Origin: Felis catus
Taxonomy: Eukaryota
Length of the DNA stretch: 64,000 nucleotides
Assembly (NCBI RefSeq): GCF_018350175.1
Contig: NC_058368.1
Span: 230,828,001 to 230,892,000, forward strand
Reading direction: 5' to 3'
Part shown: positions 60,682-64,000 of the stretch, one piece after another
Numbering within the stretch: position 1 is the first letter of the stretch
How the letters are laid out: the number at the start of each line of letters is the position of its first letter
Program-made: the position numbers and the translations under genes
The notes under the pieces: model-generated
Told to the model about the DNA's origin: nothing
The model's database searches: none
Seen by the model: only the letters and a program-made list of their open reading frames with translations

Positions 60682-62657
60682 TAACCCAGCAGCTACTTTA
60701 TAAGCACATTTGCCGGGTCCTCAAGAAGTACCTGTCCGATGGCCCACAGGTCAGGCAGACAGCAGCCAGTTGCCAGAGTTTCTCAAAGTCAGAAGCTGCT
60801 GCCGTGGGAACCCACCACCGGTCAGACTTCCACCCTGTGTCCCTGTGTCCCCATGGGGAGAGGGGAACAGACCATGGACTCGGCTACCTGAGTGTCACCC
60901 GCAGGTGGGTGGGCACGTCAGTAGCACCTGGGCTGGAAAGTTACCCCTGATGTATTTAGAGCCAGGCTGTCACTTCCTGAATGCTCTGGAGTGTTCCTTC
61001 TAAGGAGCAAACCCAGGACACCTGCTGAGACTTCCCCACTCTCTCTAGTAGCCGCTCAGCACCTGTGCTCCCCATTCCTCCCCGTCCCCTTCACTGTGCT
61101 GCGGGCACTTAAGGCTCAACTTCAGGAAGTCCCTACAGGGGGGACCCATGACCCCCGATGGGAGACCCCACAGTGTGCGTGTCTGCACGGCTGTGCCTTC
61201 CTTCTCGAAACCCTTTCAAATTCGTTCCTTTACGTTCTTCCCAGTTTTCTTTTTGTTTGCTCATATTACAGGTTTTCTTGCCCTAAGAAGTAGGAGACGC
61301 ACTTATCAAAATATTATTTTAAACTATGACATAGTTATTCCTTTAAAACTGTAATAACAAGATTTCATGACAGGTCTAATGGCCGCTGTCACTTTGAGGT
61401 AGTAATGAACGGCACGACGTTTTAAGACGCCTGCCTGTGGCAAGGCTACAGTGAGATGGGGTCCCGGGTGCTGCCCACACAGCGGCAGCTCGCTGCTGAA
61501 TCCCTGGGGAAAGGGAATGTTACATGTCAGTTAGGTGCTGATGAGAACAAAGGTACACGGTCCGTTGGTTGGTCTCCCCCGTTCCCGGTTCTTGGGTGCC
61601 CTGATTTCTGTTTTGGAGCCCCTTGGGTTAAGAGAACCTCGTCCTGTTCCTCTCAGAGCCACGTTAGATCAACACGTTTATGTCTCAACTCACAGGTCAG
61701 GTTTACATCAGACAGCTCTTCGAGGACCTGGGTGTCGGCATGATGCTCAGACTTCCAAACCCCAGATGTGCCTTCACCGTGGAAAGAACCCATGGCTGAG
61801 TTCCAAGTCTGCGTGCTGCGAGTCGTGACTGCCTGGTCGTAGCCACATGTAGAGAACATGCACAGGCAGACAGATGAGATTTCCCCTCGTACGATCAATG
61901 TCCCCTGACGCCCCGCCCTCAGACCTCAGTGCTGTTTTCTGTTCCCCATTCGAGAACATGCCTGTCCTCCCGCCCCAGTCCTCGCCCCGATGGTGGCTAC
62001 CCGCCGAATGGCTCTCCCCGGCCTGGCCGCCTGGCCAGAGCTGTCTGCCGGCTGGAGGGAGGGCACCGTCCCACGTCTGGCTTCAGCTCGCCTCTGCAGG
62101 GGCGTGGAGCCCGGGGAGCTCAGCTTGGGGCTCAAAACTTGACCTTCCCTCCGAGATTTGTGACCTGCTGCTTGTGTGGTCGTGGAAGAAACACTTAAAA
62201 CCCTAGAGCCTGGGCTTGGGCTTCTTGGGTGTAACATGGGGGTAAAAATGAAGACCCCTCACGGGGAAAAGACCCCGGTCTGCACAGGATAAGGCACTTT
62301 ACGAATGCCCGTTGTTGATCACTGGGAAAGTTAAGGGCTCTTTCAGCCAGGACTTCAAGGCTCATGTGTAGAGCCACACGCTGGCCTGGCCGTGGCCGAC
62401 AGCTCCTGGTGGTCTCGTGGGCGCCTGCCCTTTGTAGCCCAGCCAGCCTCGTGCCATCCAGCCTTCCTCGAAGACCTCTCTTCCTGCACGTTTCCCTGAA
62501 TCTGGGGCCTGAGCAGGCCATGTCCACTCGCTTACCCAGACTGTATCGACCCTTCTAGACCCACACGAGCTCCTTTGTCACAAAGCTTTCCCTCACTGCT
62601 GCAGTCCCGGGGTCTGCCCCCACCTGACTTCTCTGCACATGAGCTCGACGTCCCTCT

Positions 62658-63022
62658 GCGTCAGTCGGCTCAGGCCCTCACAGAGTCATAGACTGGGCGG
62701 TGTAAACAACAGAAATGTGCTTCCTGGCAGTCGTGGAGGCTGGAAGTCCAAGATCAAGGTGCTGGCGGTATTGGAGTCTTCTGAGGCCTCTCTCCTTGGC
62801 TTGTGGATGGCTGTCTCCCGGCCGTGTCTTCGCCTGGTTCCCTCTGTGCGTGTCTGTGTCCAAATTCTCTCTTCTTATAAGGTCACCTCTCATAGTGGAT
62901 TGGGACCCACCCTGATGACCTCATTTTAACTAAATGATCTCTTGAAAGACCCTGTCTCCAGCTACGGTCACATTCTGAGGTCCTGGGGGTTAGGCCTGGG
63001 GGCCACCGTGCTGCCTGTAACA
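62658..63022 (-). mobile_element. ERVL-MaLR solo LTR (MLT1A/B-like)
   Basis: taaacaacagaaatg...ggaggctggaagtccaagatcaaggtgctggc...gatgacctcattttaac...gtcacattctgaggtcctgggggttagg. Confidence 0.88.
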
Positions 63023-64000
63023 GCCCCTCCCTTAGCATGGGGTCATCACCTGCTGAGGCCTTCCCGGCTGCCTGTGTTCTCTGTTTCCCTGAGATTGTCT
63101 TCTCTTTAAGGGAGTGTCATGCCCTAGATCACTTACGCACCACCGCGGGGCTCGAGGCCCCACTCGGAGGGCGGCGTGAGAAGGACGGAAAGAGGTACCT
63201 CACCCTAAATCAGCTAGTGATGGGCTAATCCGGAGGACGGGGCACAGCCCTTGTCGGGCAGAGCACGGAGAGGCACCAAGAGCGAAGCAGAAGAGAAAGT
63301 GCCTTAGGGGTCCTGAGGATTTTAAATGCCGAGAGTAAGAAAGTGTGGCCAGCGCAGCCCTCCCAGGGTATGAATGACACTAGACAAGGCCAAGTGCATC
63401 TGCCAGAGCCCCGGTTTCTAAAGAGAAGAGCTTCAGGCCCAAGCTGGGTGGGCGACCGTGCAGTCAGGCGGCTGGGGGCCGCAGGTAACTGTTGGCCGCG
63501 CCGACCCCTAGGTCTGCCTGCCCTTAACCTCTCCCTCTAAGCGAACAGGAGAGTACGAGCCTTCCCTCTCCCTCATTCCCAAACCGGGAAGCGTGGACCC
63601 CTGGCAGGGTTTATGTCACATTTGACAATTTCAAACACTTCCAAGAGGTTAAGTTTTGCATTCACTCATGTTTAAATTAAGGCTCTCAGTTGTGATTTTA
63701 TTAGCTACATCGCATTTTTTCCTCTGTCCCTTCTTTCCTCGTCCGACGTGCTCCCAGGGTGAGCACGGTGTTTCAGACCGTGCGTCTACAGCTAACCCTG
63801 TACCCAGCTCTCTAGCCCTTGCCACCTGCCCTGCCCAAGACAAACTAAGTGCCATCTGTCCGTCCCTCCGTACCTGCTTCTCTTTCGTCCCACCTTGCAC
63901 TTTAAGCCCAAGATGGAGGGGCTCTTGCAGCCACCCCCCAGCACGAACACACACAGCACGCTGTGTGCACCTCCAGTCCTGTGCCCACTGCACCCTCTGT

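Noticed and set aside
41765..64000. DAP exons 3 and 4
   Set aside because: No sequence encoding PPKPTVFISGVIARGDKDF or QHIQQPRK was seen. Intron 2 is long in mammals as I recall, so they are probably beyond the window, although a short exon could be missed by eye.

Overview
This is mammalian genomic DNA, almost certainly from a felid (cat-like), judged from about 25 tRNA-derived carnivore SINEs (including young SINEC_Fc-type copies) and felid-type L1 3' ends. The only protein-coding gene I can support is the 5' half of DAP (death-associated protein 1) on the + strand. It has a CpG-island promoter at ~29.1-30.0 kb, coding exon 1 at 29719-29773 and coding exon 2 at 41668-41764. Exons 3-4 were not found and presumably lie beyond the window. 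The first ~29 kb is intergenic. The rest is interspersed repeat (Can-SINE, L1, MaLR/MLT1 solo LTRs, MIR, L2, hAT/TcMar fossils), microsatellites and unique non-coding DNA. Nearly all ORFs in the supplied track are spurious or repeat-derived. I found no new protein-coding system. The most notable signals are four non-coding or RNA-level features. (1) A four-insertion L1/SINE nest at 48.7-49.5 kb that forms an ~830-nt palindrome in the DAP pre-mRNA, plus further closely spaced inverted SINE pairs. (2) A candidate in-frame alternative acceptor 72 nt upstream of DAP exon 2, with its own near-consensus branch point. (3) A perfect four-unit heat-shock element ~8 kb upstream of DAP. (4) A tandem ETS-motif repeat. 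Repeat family names come from my recall of consensus sequences, not from a search, and repeat boundaries are approximate unless a TSD is quoted.
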